A stretch of DNA of 53,316 bases from IMG/VR virus record IMGVR_UViG_3300032007_000120; one strand, written 5' to 3'. The notes below the pieces were generated by a model. The model saw nothing but the letters and a program-made list of their open reading frames with translations. It was not told the DNA's origin and made no database searches. A program made the position numbers and the translations under genes. Source of the stretch: a virus. Below, piece after piece: positions 17,492 through 27,830 of this stretch; the first letter of the stretch is position 1; each line of letters starts with the position of its first letter.

Positions 17492-17818
17492 ATGAGGACG
17501 AACGGTTATCTCACATATCGCATCTCTGGCGAGCCTGCGTTCAACGATGACGGAGAACCAGTCGCTGCAGCGGACACGCAGCCAGACAAGATAAAGTGCT
17601 TCATCGAGACCAACACCCACAACGTCAACGGAAAGTATTCCGACGGAGAGTTCACGGTCTCCAGTTACACGGTTCTTGCGCAGCGCGGTTCTGTTCCTGC
17701 TGACATCAACTCCGTACATCTGTACCGCAAAGACTCCAGAAAGGAGCAGGATCTCGGAGAGTTCGAGGTGCAGGACAACCAAGAGATCTCTCTGGACAGA
17801 ATCAAGATCACGGTCTGA
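17492..17818 (+). CDS. Head-tail adaptor (tentative)
   Basis: 108 aa from the ATG lying 1 nt after the previous stop. An alternative start at 17465 would overlap the previous gene by 26 nt. Confidence 0.4.
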   Translation: MRTNGYLTYRISGEPAFNDDGEPVAAADTQPDKIKCFIETNTHNVNGKYSDGEFTVSSYTVLAQRGSVPADINSVHLYRKDSRKEQDLGEFEVQDNQEISLDRIKITV

Positions 17819-17819
17819 A

Positions 17820-18263
17820 ATGCCTATCAAGATCAAGACACCGAACGCGACTATCAAGGCTTCTTTCGACAAGCAGTACAACGAAAGAGTACTGCAGGCT
17901 CTCATTATGACGCTTGAGTACGTCGGAGAAGCCTGCGTCAAGGAAGCGCGAGATGGCGGTACGTACACGGATAGAACTGGCAACTTGAGATCTTCCATCG
18001 GTTACGTCATAGTTCACGATGGCACGATCGTCCGCAGAGGTTCGTCGGATCAGTTCAAGAACGGATCGGAAGGTATCAAGACGACGCAGGACTTTCTTAC
18101 GTCAGTCGCGAAGGAATACCAAGGTATCACTCTGATCGTCGCAGCAGGTATGAAGTACGCTGCTGCGGTGGAAGCGAAAGGCTACAACGTCCTCACTTCC
18201 GCGGAACTGCTTGCAGACAGACTCGTCCCACAATTACTGGGTCAGTTAGGTTTCACAAAGTAA
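17820..18263 (+). CDS. HK97 gp10-like tail-completion protein
   Basis: 147 aa from the ATG at 17820. Motifs TGNLRSSIGY and AAGMKYAAAVEAKGYNV. Confidence 0.6.
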   Translation: MPIKIKTPNATIKASFDKQYNERVLQALIMTLEYVGEACVKEARDGGTYTDRTGNLRSSIGYVIVHDGTIVRRGSSDQFKNGSEGIKTTQDFLTSVAKEYQGITLIVAAGMKYAAAVEAKGYNVLTSAELLADRLVPQLLGQLGFTK

Positions 18264-18268
18264 AGACA

Positions 18269-18691
18269 ATGGCAGACATCAAGACAGAGACACAGATCGA
18301 GAAGGACATCTTCCGAATCGTCAGCGCGAGTCCTATCAAGGACTTGATCGGTGGCAAGGTGTACCGTCGCGGAATGCGTCCCAGAGACTCGAAAGAAGAG
18401 GACTGCGTCGTGCAGTTCTTGACTGGTCTGGAGGGACAAATCCAGTCTGGCACGGTCAACGTGAACATCTACGTCCCAAAGGTCAGTGTCGGAAAGTCGA
18501 CCAACAAAGTCGAGAACCTAAAGAGAGTCGAGGAACTGGAGATCAAGATCAAGGAGTTGTTCGAGGAATCAGTCTTCGAAGATCCAGAGTACAATCTTGA
18601 GATCCGCTCCACTCCGCAGGCAATCGAGGAAGAAGGTATCGACCAGACGAAGATCAACACGAGAGTCTACTATGAACGCTCCGCAATGTAA
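18269..18691 (+). CDS. Tail terminator/neck protein (tentative)
   Basis: 140 aa. Lies between the gp10-like protein and the major tail protein. Confidence 0.4.
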   Translation: MADIKTETQIEKDIFRIVSASPIKDLIGGKVYRRGMRPRDSKEEDCVVQFLTGLEGQIQSGTVNVNIYVPKVSVGKSTNKVENLKRVEELEIKIKELFEESVFEDPEYNLEIRSTPQAIEEEGIDQTKINTRVYYERSAM

Positions 18692-18716
18692 GTCAAACAA
18701 TTAAAACGCGAAAGAT

Positions 18717-19238
18717 ATGGCTAAAAAAATAATGGCTTGGTCGAAGTGTAAGATCGAGATCGGTAAGACTGGCGACGCTGACGCTATGGCTACAGAACTT
18801 ACTGACATCGGTGTTATCTCCAACCAGTCGTCTACTCTGTCAGCAGAAGCAGGCGACGCGCTCACAGCAACCGCAACTGGTGGCGAGATCGTTGCGGAAG
18901 AACCGCAGGAAGGCACTCTGCAACTCCAGACAACCGTAATCGAGCCTACCAACGACCTTCTCAAGACTCTTGGTATCGCTGACGCAAACGGAAAGGTGAC
19001 TACACACGTAGTCAGTGGTAACTGGTCAGTCAAGGTGACTCCTAAGAACAAGGGAGCAATCGGTATCAAAGCACCTAAGACAACCATCTCCTACGCTCCT
19101 GCATGGGACGAACAGAACGGTAACACTGGTGTTCTGACGTTCAATATCTTGAAGACCACAGAGGTCGCTGCAGGCACAGATGGCGCAGACCAGAACTACT
19201 GGTACGAGCGTTTCACCACTGACGCTGCACTCAAGTAA
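18717..19238 (+). CDS. Major tail (tube) protein
   Basis: 173 aa. Directly upstream of the chaperone frameshift pair and the tape measure. A strong terminator hairpin follows. Confidence 0.6.
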   Translation: MAKKIMAWSKCKIEIGKTGDADAMATELTDIGVISNQSSTLSAEAGDALTATATGGEIVAEEPQEGTLQLQTTVIEPTNDLLKTLGIADANGKVTTHVVSGNWSVKVTPKNKGAIGIKAPKTTISYAPAWDEQNGNTGVLTFNILKTTEVAAGTDGADQNYWYERFTTDAALK

Positions 19239-19266
19239 TAATACAGAGTTAATCAAATGTATCATT

Positions 19267-19307
19267 AAAGGGGAGTAACGGAGTGAATTGCTCTCGTTAC
19301 TCCCTTT
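19267..19307 (+). terminator. Rho-independent terminator/attenuator after the major tail gene
   Basis: Stem aaaggggagtaacg / cgttactcccttt, followed by T residues. Confidence 0.65.
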
Positions 19308-19325
19308 TACTTTAACACTTTCACG

Positions 19326-19826
19326 ATGACGGTAGAAAAGAAAGTATCAGACTCAATCCTGCAGACGAAGGAGGACATCACGATAGGCGGAAAGACATAC
19401 AAGATCGGAAAGCCTACGGTGGCAACGGTCATCATGTGTTCGGAACTTATCTCCAGAATGCCTGCGGTCGCGCAGGTGTCCGCGGACAAGATCGTCTTCG
19501 AGGTTCTGCACACCGCAAAGGACATGAAAGTGCTTGGTCAGATATGCGCAATCCTCATTCTGGGGGCGAAGAAGGTGAAGGAGATACGCGAGGACGCACA
19601 GAAGCGCACCCACAAGCGTCTCTTTTCATTCCTGCGGAAGACTGACAAGCCGAATGAGTTCGACGCGCTCTCGGAAGAAATTCTGGACAATGCGTCGAGC
19701 AAGGAAATGTCGGAACTTATCTCCAAGAGACTGGTCGATCTCGATCTCGGAGATTTTTTCGGAGTTACCACTTCTCTGGCAGAAGCAAATCTTCTAAAAC
19801 CGACAAAAAGAGAAGTGGACGACTGA
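19326..19826 (+). CDS. Tail assembly chaperone (gpG-like, zero-frame product)
   Basis: 166 aa. Lies between the major tail gene and the tape measure. Contains the slippery heptamer at 19754-19760. Confidence 0.7.
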   Translation: MTVEKKVSDSILQTKEDITIGGKTYKIGKPTVATVIMCSELISRMPAVAQVSADKIVFEVLHTAKDMKVLGQICAILILGAKKVKEIREDAQKRTHKRLFSFLRKTDKPNEFDALSEEILDNASSKEMSELISKRLVDLDLGDFFGVTTSLAEANLLKPTKREVDD

Positions 19827-20056
19827 ACGACTCCGTCTGGGCAATGGTCTTGGGAATGTGCAAGAACATAGGCTGCACACCAGATCACGTCCTCTATGAG
19901 ATGACCTACGAGAACCTTATCATGTACGGATATGCGACTCCAGTATATGATCCAGACGATAAGAGCGATTGGGACGAGTCTTTGGACGCTAACAATCCAG
20001 AACTCGCGAGGAAGATCTCTCATGGCGAAGGAAAAGTAACGAATCCATTCATCTAA
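19326..20056 (+). CDS. Tail assembly chaperone -1 frameshift fusion (gpGT-like, about 244 aa)
   Basis: The -1 frame is open from 19646 to 20056. T_TTT_TTC lies in the overlap, with the zero frame reading GAT TTT TTC. Confidence 0.6.
19754..19760 (+). other. Programmed -1 ribosomal frameshift slippery heptamer T_TTT_TTC
   Basis: X_XXY_YYZ register checked against the zero-frame translation ...LGDFFGV... Confidence 0.6.
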
Positions 20057-20062
20057 CGCAAT

Positions 20063-23000
20063 ATGGACAACAACAACGGATCAGTAAAGTATTCAGTCAG
20101 CCTTGACGATAGCAAGATGGGATCTGACGCTAACCGCGTCATCAACACCTTCAACCAGATAGGACAGACCGCGGAGCAGGAGGGAAGCAGGATCGACAAG
20201 GCTTTCTCCACCGCTGCTGCCAACATCGGAAAGGCTTTCGCTGCAATCGGTATCGCAGGAACACTGCAGGAACTCGGAAAGAAGATCCTCACGGTGCGCG
20301 GTGACTTTCAGAAACTGGAGGTCGCTTTCGAAGTCATGCTCGGATCTGCGGACAAGGCTAACACTTTGATGAAGCAACTCGTCCAGACCGCTGCGACGAC
20401 TCCTTTCGACCTGCAGGGAGTCGCAGATGGCGCAAAGCAGTTACTTGCTTACGGTGTCTCCGCTGACGAGGTCAACGACACGCTGATCCGTCTGGGAAAC
20501 ATCGCGTCTGGTCTGTCCATTCCTCTGAACGATCTGGTAATGCTCTACGGCACTACAATGACGCAGGGTCGTCTGTTCACGCAGGATCTGCGTCAGTTCA
20601 TGGGTCGCGGTATTCCTCTTGCTGACGAACTGGCAAAGCAGTTCGGAGTCACAAAGGACAAGGTGGGCGATCTCGTCACCGCAGGAAAGGTCGGTTTTCC
20701 GCAGGTGAAGAAAGCGATCGAGGATCTGACGAACGAGGGAGGAAAGTTCGCAGGTCTTATGGAGAAGCAGTCTCACACGATAGCAGGTCAGATCTCCAAC
20801 ATCGGAGACGCTATCGACTCAATGTTCAATGAACTTGGAAAGAAGAACGAGGGAGTGATCAACGACGCTCTCTCCGCGGTGTCGTACCTTATCGAACACT
20901 ACGAGACGCTCGGAAAGGTTCTTCTGACGCTCGTCGCTACCTATGGCACTTACAAGGCTGCACTCATGGCGACCGTCGCGATCCAGAAGTCGAAGGCTAT
21001 CATGGAGAATATCCAGTTGATGATGATGTTCCGCAAGGAACTCGGTCTGGCTACCGCAGCGCAGCAGGCTTTCAACATCACCGCGAAGGCTAATCCCTAC
21101 GCTCTGATCGCGTCTGGTCTGGCTCTCGTCATCACCTCACTCACCATGTTTGCCGACTCTACGGACAACGCAGCGGACAAGGAGGACAATCTGAACAATA
21201 TCCGCGAGCAGGCTGCGGAGAAGGTAGCGGAGGAAAAGTCGGAGATCGAGACGCTCGTCGCTGCAGCGCGCAACGAGAAGTTGTCTCTGGATCAGCGCAA
21301 GATCGCTATCCAGAAACTGAACAAGCAGATCCCCAACTACAACGCTTACTTGAACGAGACGACCCAGAAGTACTATGAGAACAAGGACGCTCTGGACGCT
21401 TATCTGGACTCCCTGCAGAGAATGTACGAACTGGAGGGTGCAAAGGACGTACTCAAGGATCTGGGCAAGAAGATCGCGAAGAATGCGGTCGACATCAAGA
21501 TGGCGGAGCAGAAAGTCCGCGACGCTACCGCGAAGGACAACGAGGTCGCTGCCAACACTGGCGGTGTCTATGCCTACACTCTGTCAAACCAAGCAGAGGA
21601 CGAACTAAAGAAACTCAAGAAGGAGCGCGAGGAACTAAACAAGCAGAAGAAAGCAGTCCAGTCTGTCTATGGCGAGGATCTGCAGAATCAAGCGACTGGC
21701 GGTAAGAAGAAAGGTGGCAAGACTACCACAACCACCTACGCGGACGACGTAAAAAAGGCAAGACAGAACTACCAGAAGGCAAACAAGGAACTAAAGGCAC
21801 TTCTCAAGGATCGTCACTCCACCACTCAAGCAGTCAAGCAGGCACGCGCTGACGTGGAGCAGGCGGAGAAGGACTTGAAGGACTTGACTGGCGAGAGTCC
21901 TACCAAGACCGCAAAGACCCAGAAGACCACCGCTGACAAAGTCCACAAGCAAGTCGTTAACACTCGCAAGGAGAACGCGGAATACGCGGAGACCCAACGT
22001 GAGATCGCGCAGGACAAGATCAAGCAGGCGCAGCAGAACGAACTGGAGGTGCGTCAAGCGGAGATCGACGCGCAGGAGAACTCCACCAAGAAGCAGATCG
22101 AACAGATAAAACTCGACCGCGACAAGAAACTGGCGGAGATCGAGGACGAGTACAATCAACTCAAGGAGAAGAAGATTCAGCAGGCAAAGCAACTCTGGGA
22201 AGCGAATCCGAAACACGACGAGACTCCATTCAAACTCAACGAGAACGATCCTGCCTATGCTTATACCGACGACGAGAAGAAACTCCGCCAGACAAAGATC
22301 GACGCTGCTAACAAGGAGTACAACGACAAAATGCACGATCTGGAACAGCAGAGACTACAGTATCTGTACGACTATCTCAAGGCTTATGGCACTCTGCAGG
22401 AGCAGAAATATGCTATCGCAAAGGAATACGACGAGAAGATCGCGAAATCGCATGACGAATGGCAAAAGAAGTCTCTGGAGCAGGAGAAAAAGAATGCTAT
22501 CGCTGACGCTGATGCGCGCAATCTTTCTACGCGTATCGACTGGTCTGGCACATTCGGCAACGTCGGAAAGGTACTCAAGGACATCGCAGTCGAGACGTTG
22601 AAGCAGGTCGAGGAATATATGAAGACTGACGAGTTCAAAGGACTCGGAGCAGACCAGAAGAAAACGTATTCAGAACTGCGAACCAAACTGCAGCAGGAGA
22701 CTGGCGAGAACTCCGTTTCTCCGTTCAACTTCAAGATCTGGGGGACGATCGAACAGCAGGTCAAGGCTTATCAGCAGTCAGTCAAGAACCTTCTGGACGC
22801 ACAGAAGAAACATACAGACGCGGTCGAGAAACTGGAAAAGGCGGACAACGACTACAAGAATGCCACAGACGACGCAGCCAAGGCAATAGCGAAGACCGCA
22901 GTGGACGCAGCGAAAGCGGACGTGGAAAAGACTGGCAAGGATCAGACGGACGCGCAGGCGAAGGCGGACAAGGCTAAATCAGACCTCACAGACTCCACCA

Positions 23001-24520
23001 ACGCTGCTGCGCAGGGAATTCAGAACTTTTCCAACTACCTTTCGGAAATGACGAACGGATCGCTCTATGGTTTCGCGAATGGTATCAGCAAACTCATAAC
23101 ATCACTCACAAAGGGTTCAGAAGGATTTGGAAAGTCTATCGAAGAACTGGGAGGAAAGATAGGCGGTATCATAGGTGCGATCCTACAGCTCTTAGATGCT
23201 ATGGGGGACAATCCTAAGCAGTTCATCAATGATCTGTTTGACAAGGTAACGAACGCGGTGGAAACGATCCTTTCAGATCTACCTAATTTGGTCGGAAACA
23301 TCGTCCATGACGTGGGCAATCTCGTTGTGGGTGTCTTCGAGGGTATCGGATCAATGTTCGGAGCGAAGGACGGTTGGATCAACGGATCGAACGCAAAGGA
23401 GGTCAAGGAACTGACCGACAAACTGACCAAATCAAACGACCGACTCCAGAACTCCATCGAGAGACTCAAGGACTCCATCGACAAGAACGGAGGTGTGCAG
23501 GCGGTCAAGGACTATCAGCAAGCATACAAGGACGAGCAGGACTTGATCAAGAACACGATGGCGATCCTGCAGGCGCAGATGGGGTATCACGACCACCATC
23601 ACTCCAACAACTACTACTGGAGAAAGAGTATCGGGAGCGCGGACTATGCTGCGATCAACGAGACTCTGGCGCAGTACGCTCTGAACAATCCGAACGCTAA
23701 GACGACGCGCAACTCCGTAGCGTCCCTGCAGGACATCTACCAACTCACTCCAGAGCAGATGCAGGCTATCGCAGACCACAACGTCGACATCTGGACGAAA
23801 ATGCTCGACGCAGGAAAGTACGACAAGTCGGAATACTGGGAGAACTACATCGAACTCGCAGGCAAACTGGAGGAACTGACGGAGCAGATCAACGAGAACC
23901 TCACGCAGGTGTCGTTCGACTCGCTCAAGTCGGATTTCGTCGACGACATCATGGATATGTCGAAGACCGCGTCGGACTTCTCCAAGGACTTCACGAAGAT
24001 GATCGCGAAGGCTTGGACGAACGCTGCGGTGTCGAACCTCATGCAGAAAGACCTGCAGAACTTCTACAACAACTGGGCGGACAGAATGAAGGACGCGGAC
24101 GGACTCTCCAAGGAGGACATCGCGGAACTCAAGAAGCAGTACGACGCTCTGGTGAGCAACGCTATATCCATACGCGACGACATGACGAAGATTACTGGCT
24201 ACACTGGCGACGAGTCATCGCAGGAAGCGTCTTCTGGCGCATGGCAGTCAATGTCGGAGGAAACTGGCGAGGAACTCAACGGACGCTTTACCGCTATCCA
24301 GTCGACGACGGTAATGATCTACGAGCAGATCAAACTGAACGCTGCGTCCATCGCGACGATCAGTCAGACATCTGGACAGAACTTTTCCGTACTCTCGGAG
24401 ATGAACAATCTCGTCCTCACCTGCTCGGAATACCTGCAGAGGATCGTGGCTAACACCGACGTTCTTCCGAACATGAACCGAATGATCGAGAAGATAAAGA
24501 TCAACACTGACAAACTATAG
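20063..24520 (+). CDS. Tape measure protein
   Basis: 1485 aa. N-terminal TMP-type domain (TPFDLQGVADGAKQLLAYGV...LGNIASGLSIPLNDLVMLYGTTMTQGRL) and long coiled-coil K/E/Q-rich regions. Confidence 0.9.
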   Translation: MDNNNGSVKYSVSLDDSKMGSDANRVINTFNQIGQTAEQEGSRIDKAFSTAAANIGKAFAAIGIAGTLQELGKKILTVRGDFQKLEVAFEVMLGSADKANTLMKQLVQTAATTPFDLQGVADGAKQLLAYGVSADEVNDTLIRLGNIASGLSIPLNDLVMLYGTTMTQGRLFTQDLRQFMGRGIPLADELAKQFGVTKDKVGDLVTAGKVGFPQVKKAIEDLTNEGGKFAGLMEKQSHTIAGQISNIGDAIDSMFNELGKKNEGVINDALSAVSYLIEHYETLGKVLLTLVATYGTYKAALMATVAIQKSKAIMENIQLMMMFRKELGLATAAQQAFNITAKANPYALIASGLALVITSLTMFADSTDNAADKEDNLNNIREQAAEKVAEEKSEIETLVAAARNEKLSLDQRKIAIQKLNKQIPNYNAYLNETTQKYYENKDALDAYLDSLQRMYELEGAKDVLKDLGKKIAKNAVDIKMAEQKVRDATAKDNEVAANTGGVYAYTLSNQAEDELKKLKKEREELNKQKKAVQSVYGEDLQNQATGGKKKGGKTTTTTYADDVKKARQNYQKANKELKALLKDRHSTTQAVKQARADVEQAEKDLKDLTGESPTKTAKTQKTTADKVHKQVVNTRKENAEYAETQREIAQDKIKQAQQNELEVRQAEIDAQENSTKKQIEQIKLDRDKKLAEIEDEYNQLKEKKIQQAKQLWEANPKHDETPFKLNENDPAYAYTDDEKKLRQTKIDAANKEYNDKMHDLEQQRLQYLYDYLKAYGTLQEQKYAIAKEYDEKIAKSHDEWQKKSLEQEKKNAIADADARNLSTRIDWSGTFGNVGKVLKDIAVETLKQVEEYMKTDEFKGLGADQKKTYSELRTKLQQETGENSVSPFNFKIWGTIEQQVKAYQQSVKNLLDAQKKHTDAVEKLEKADNDYKNATDDAAKAIAKTAVDAAKADVEKTGKDQTDAQAKADKAKSDLTDSTNAAAQGIQNFSNYLSEMTNGSLYGFANGISKLITSLTKGSEGFGKSIEELGGKIGGIIGAILQLLDAMGDNPKQFINDLFDKVTNAVETILSDLPNLVGNIVHDVGNLVVGVFEGIGSMFGAKDGWINGSNAKEVKELTDKLTKSNDRLQNSIERLKDSIDKNGGVQAVKDYQQAYKDEQDLIKNTMAILQAQMGYHDHHHSNNYYWRKSIGSADYAAINETLAQYALNNPNAKTTRNSVASLQDIYQLTPEQMQAIADHNVDIWTKMLDAGKYDKSEYWENYIELAGKLEELTEQINENLTQVSFDSLKSDFVDDIMDMSKTASDFSKDFTKMIAKAWTNAAVSNLMQKDLQNFYNNWADRMKDADGLSKEDIAELKKQYDALVSNAISIRDDMTKITGYTGDESSQEASSGAWQSMSEETGEELNGRFTAIQSTTVMIYEQIKLNAASIATISQTSGQNFSVLSEMNNLVLTCSEYLQRIVANTDVLPNMNRMIEKIKINTDKL

Positions 24521-24524
24521 GCTT

Positions 24525-24947
24525 ATGAAAGGTGAACTATATATCAACGGACTCGACGCGTGGGAGAACTGGGGGATCATGCTCGACGGAACATCTCTCT
24601 CGTCCCTTATGACTCCTGCGTCGGTCAAGGACTATCCGACCAACAAGTCACGTCTGGAGAACGGAACTCGCTATCTCATCGACGGAAACGTCAAGACCGC
24701 GGAGCGCGACATTACCGTCAAATTCCAGATCGTGGCGGACACCAAGGCGAAGTTCTATGCCAACTATGAGTCGTTCTGCGAGCAACTCAAGACTGGCAAG
24801 ATCAATATATCTACCAAGTATCAGTCTGGAGTGGTATACAAGACGCTCTACCGCTCCTGCACTCAATATCAGCAGTATCTGGGCAAGGTGGGCAAGTTCA
24901 CGCTGCGTCTGACCGAACCTAATCCAGAAGACCGTAAATCAGAGTAA
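24525..24947 (+). CDS. Distal tail protein (tentative)
   Basis: 140 aa. Immediately after the tape measure gene. Confidence 0.4.
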   Translation: MKGELYINGLDAWENWGIMLDGTSLSSLMTPASVKDYPTNKSRLENGTRYLIDGNVKTAERDITVKFQIVADTKAKFYANYESFCEQLKTGKINISTKYQSGVVYKTLYRSCTQYQQYLGKVGKFTLRLTEPNPEDRKSE

Positions 24948-24949
24948 AG

Positions 24950-27826
24950 ATGAAGGAACGGACAAAGAACGAGATAGCAATCAAGAGAACGGTGAACGGA
25001 GCGACTAAGACCGTTGCAATCGTACCTATAACGGAGGACTCGACGCGCACGTTCTCACTCATGAGCGAGGACAATATTACGCTTGTCTTCGAGACGGTGA
25101 AGCCTATCTTCTTCCGTCTGGGAGACTTCATCGACGACGAGTTGTTCGGAGAGTTCGTCATTACGGATCTGGCGAATATGCCTTCCTACGACACAGAGAC
25201 TGGCGCGTATCGTTACAACCTGCAGTTCGACGCTGACTACTTCCTCTGGAAGAACAAGATCTGCAAGTACATACCAGACGCGGAAGCGAAGGAGACATCA
25301 TTCACTCTGACTGCGAACATCGAGACTCACTGCGACGTGATCGTCCGCAACCTCACTGCACTTGGATTCAAGCATGGCGGAAAGTACTACACCGTCAACT
25401 ATACGACGTACAACATCAACGACGTGATCGACACAGAGAAAGCAGAACTGGTGTCTTATGACTCTGTCAGTATCTACGACGCTATCTCCGCAATCGCGGA
25501 AGCCTTCGACTGCGAGTGGTGGGTGGACGGATCGGTGATCTTCTTCGGAACTTGTCAGAACGCAGGACAGACCGTCTTCCAGTTAGGAGACAACGTCTCG
25601 GATATGAGTCGGTCTGGCACGACGGAGAAGGCTGCGTCAAGAGTCTATTTCTTCGGATCAGACAAGAACCTTCCGACGACATACCGCCAGTCTGGGACTA
25701 CACCAGACGTTACTCATGACGGAGTCGTCCAGAAACGTCTAATGCTACCTGCGACCACCTATCCTTACGGCTATATGCAGGACGCGGAAGTCGAGACAGA
25801 GGATCAAGCAGTCGAAAAGGTAGTCGTATTCGACGACATCTATCCAGTAACTCGACTGAAAGTTAGTCGAATTTCGACTTATACAAGTACGAAAACAGAC
25901 GACACGACTGGAGAGACCTATTCGCAGACGTTCTGGAGAGTGAAGGAAGACTCCGACTTCCTCAAGAACTTCACGAAGGACATGATCATCGACGGACTGA
26001 CGCTACACATCGTATTCACGTCTGGAGTCCTCAACGGAATGGACTTCGAGTGCGTTCTGGTCACAGACGACTCAACGATCGGAAAATGCTTCGAGATCGT
26101 CTCGAACGACACCTATGGCAGGGATCTGCCAGACTCGGTGTTGTGTCCGTCCGCAGGCGACGAGTTCTGTCTGTATAACTGGGACGCGACAAAAATGTCC
26201 TCTCTGGGACTTGTAGAGAAGGCGGAGACGACGCTTGCAGAGCGCGCGGTGGAATACTTCAAGCAGTCGAAGATCGACGCGTCTACGTACACTGTCACGC
26301 TTTTCAGCGAGTACGCATACAACAGCGGAACGTTCAAGTACTTTCTTGCAGGAGACCAGATCAAACTGATCAACGGAGCGTACTTCACACAAGTCGACTC
26401 TGACGGAAACCACTACAGACTCTCCAGAATCATCGGCTTCGAGTTCAAACTGGACAAACCTTACGACTCTCCGCAGTACACTCTCGGAGAGAAACCAGAG
26501 AAGTCGAACACGATGAAGTCTATGCAGGAGACGATCGACTCCATCAAGGTCAACGGAGCAACCTACATCAACCAGACTGGATCTGGATCTGGCGGAACGT
26601 CAGTCTACGTGATCGGAATGAGTGACAACACTCTGGCGACGGACGCGAATGTCTATTCCGCTCGTCGCTCTGATCAGCAATACCTGCGCAAGGATCGCGA
26701 CGACACCGCTAACGGAACGATCTCCTTCAAGAAGCAGGACATTCACTCCGACGGACTCCAGATCGGTGACTCTTACGTAGGTGGGCAGGCAGGTATCGGA
26801 GGACGTATCGACAAAAAAGGCGCAGCAGAACTGGAATCCATGTCCCTGCGATCCTTCTTGGAAGCACCAGAATATAGATTCAACAAGATCGACATCTTCG
26901 TGGGCAACCAGTGGAGGGCGAGCGGTGGCGGAGTCATAGAGTCAGTCACTCCAGACACCAAAAACGACGGAACGACCGCGACAACTGGCATTGCAGTACT
27001 CCATCTGGAGGACGGAGCGATCGGGCATATAGACGTGGACGACATCTGTCAAGGTATCTACCATGACGGAATAACGCTCTCAAACAATGATACGGTGGAT
27101 CTGGACGACTCCTACGGAAACTTCAAGTTTGCAGGATTCTTCACTTCGTACTTCCGTATCACAGAGATACTGGAGTCTGACGGAGTCAACAAGAAATTCA
27201 GATACGCGCTGCGTAATGACGACGACTGGAAAGCATTACATCACCCAGTCGCGTTAATGCACTTCGTCTGCTACGGAAACTTCTCGAACACGAAACGTCA
27301 GTCAAGCAGATACTCTACTCTCACTTACGAACGCTATCTCACTGGTGTCAACACGTGGAAGTTCTCCGCAGCCAACATCGCAGCGCAGGAAGGCGATCTT
27401 TCGAATCTCTCGGTGTTCGGTCTGAACATGACTGGTTACTCCGCTTACTACAACAACATCTATCTGTCTGGAGCGATCAAGCAGATCGAGGATCTTCCGT
27501 ACCGCATAGAGTTCGACACTCATGGCTACGACATCTTAAGTTTCGGAGAGGTCATGGTTCTGGACTGCTACGTCTACAAGGGATTCACAGACAAGACGAG
27601 TACAGTCAAGACGTGGAAGATAACGAGAGACACTGGAGACTCCACAGAGGACGCTTCATGGTTACTCAAGGACAAGGTCAAAAACTTCTCTGGAGAGATA
27701 ACGATCAGTTTCACGAAGGACGAGAACGACCTATCTACGAATGACAAGGTAATAACGACATTATTCACGATCACTGCATACGGAGAGGACGGAGAAGAGA
27801 TCGCGAATGGAACTCTAACATTATAA
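24950..27826 (+). CDS. Tail hub/tail-associated (Tal-like) protein
   Basis: 958 aa. Second gene after the tape measure, which is the canonical siphovirus order. Confidence 0.5.
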   Translation: MKERTKNEIAIKRTVNGATKTVAIVPITEDSTRTFSLMSEDNITLVFETVKPIFFRLGDFIDDELFGEFVITDLANMPSYDTETGAYRYNLQFDADYFLWKNKICKYIPDAEAKETSFTLTANIETHCDVIVRNLTALGFKHGGKYYTVNYTTYNINDVIDTEKAELVSYDSVSIYDAISAIAEAFDCEWWVDGSVIFFGTCQNAGQTVFQLGDNVSDMSRSGTTEKAASRVYFFGSDKNLPTTYRQSGTTPDVTHDGVVQKRLMLPATTYPYGYMQDAEVETEDQAVEKVVVFDDIYPVTRLKVSRISTYTSTKTDDTTGETYSQTFWRVKEDSDFLKNFTKDMIIDGLTLHIVFTSGVLNGMDFECVLVTDDSTIGKCFEIVSNDTYGRDLPDSVLCPSAGDEFCLYNWDATKMSSLGLVEKAETTLAERAVEYFKQSKIDASTYTVTLFSEYAYNSGTFKYFLAGDQIKLINGAYFTQVDSDGNHYRLSRIIGFEFKLDKPYDSPQYTLGEKPEKSNTMKSMQETIDSIKVNGATYINQTGSGSGGTSVYVIGMSDNTLATDANVYSARRSDQQYLRKDRDDTANGTISFKKQDIHSDGLQIGDSYVGGQAGIGGRIDKKGAAELESMSLRSFLEAPEYRFNKIDIFVGNQWRASGGGVIESVTPDTKNDGTTATTGIAVLHLEDGAIGHIDVDDICQGIYHDGITLSNNDTVDLDDSYGNFKFAGFFTSYFRITEILESDGVNKKFRYALRNDDDWKALHHPVALMHFVCYGNFSNTKRQSSRYSTLTYERYLTGVNTWKFSAANIAAQEGDLSNLSVFGLNMTGYSAYYNNIYLSGAIKQIEDLPYRIEFDTHGYDILSFGEVMVLDCYVYKGFTDKTSTVKTWKITRDTGDSTEDASWLLKDKVKNFSGEITISFTKDENDLSTNDKVITTLFTITAYGEDGEEIANGTLTL

Positions 27827-27830
27827 GACT

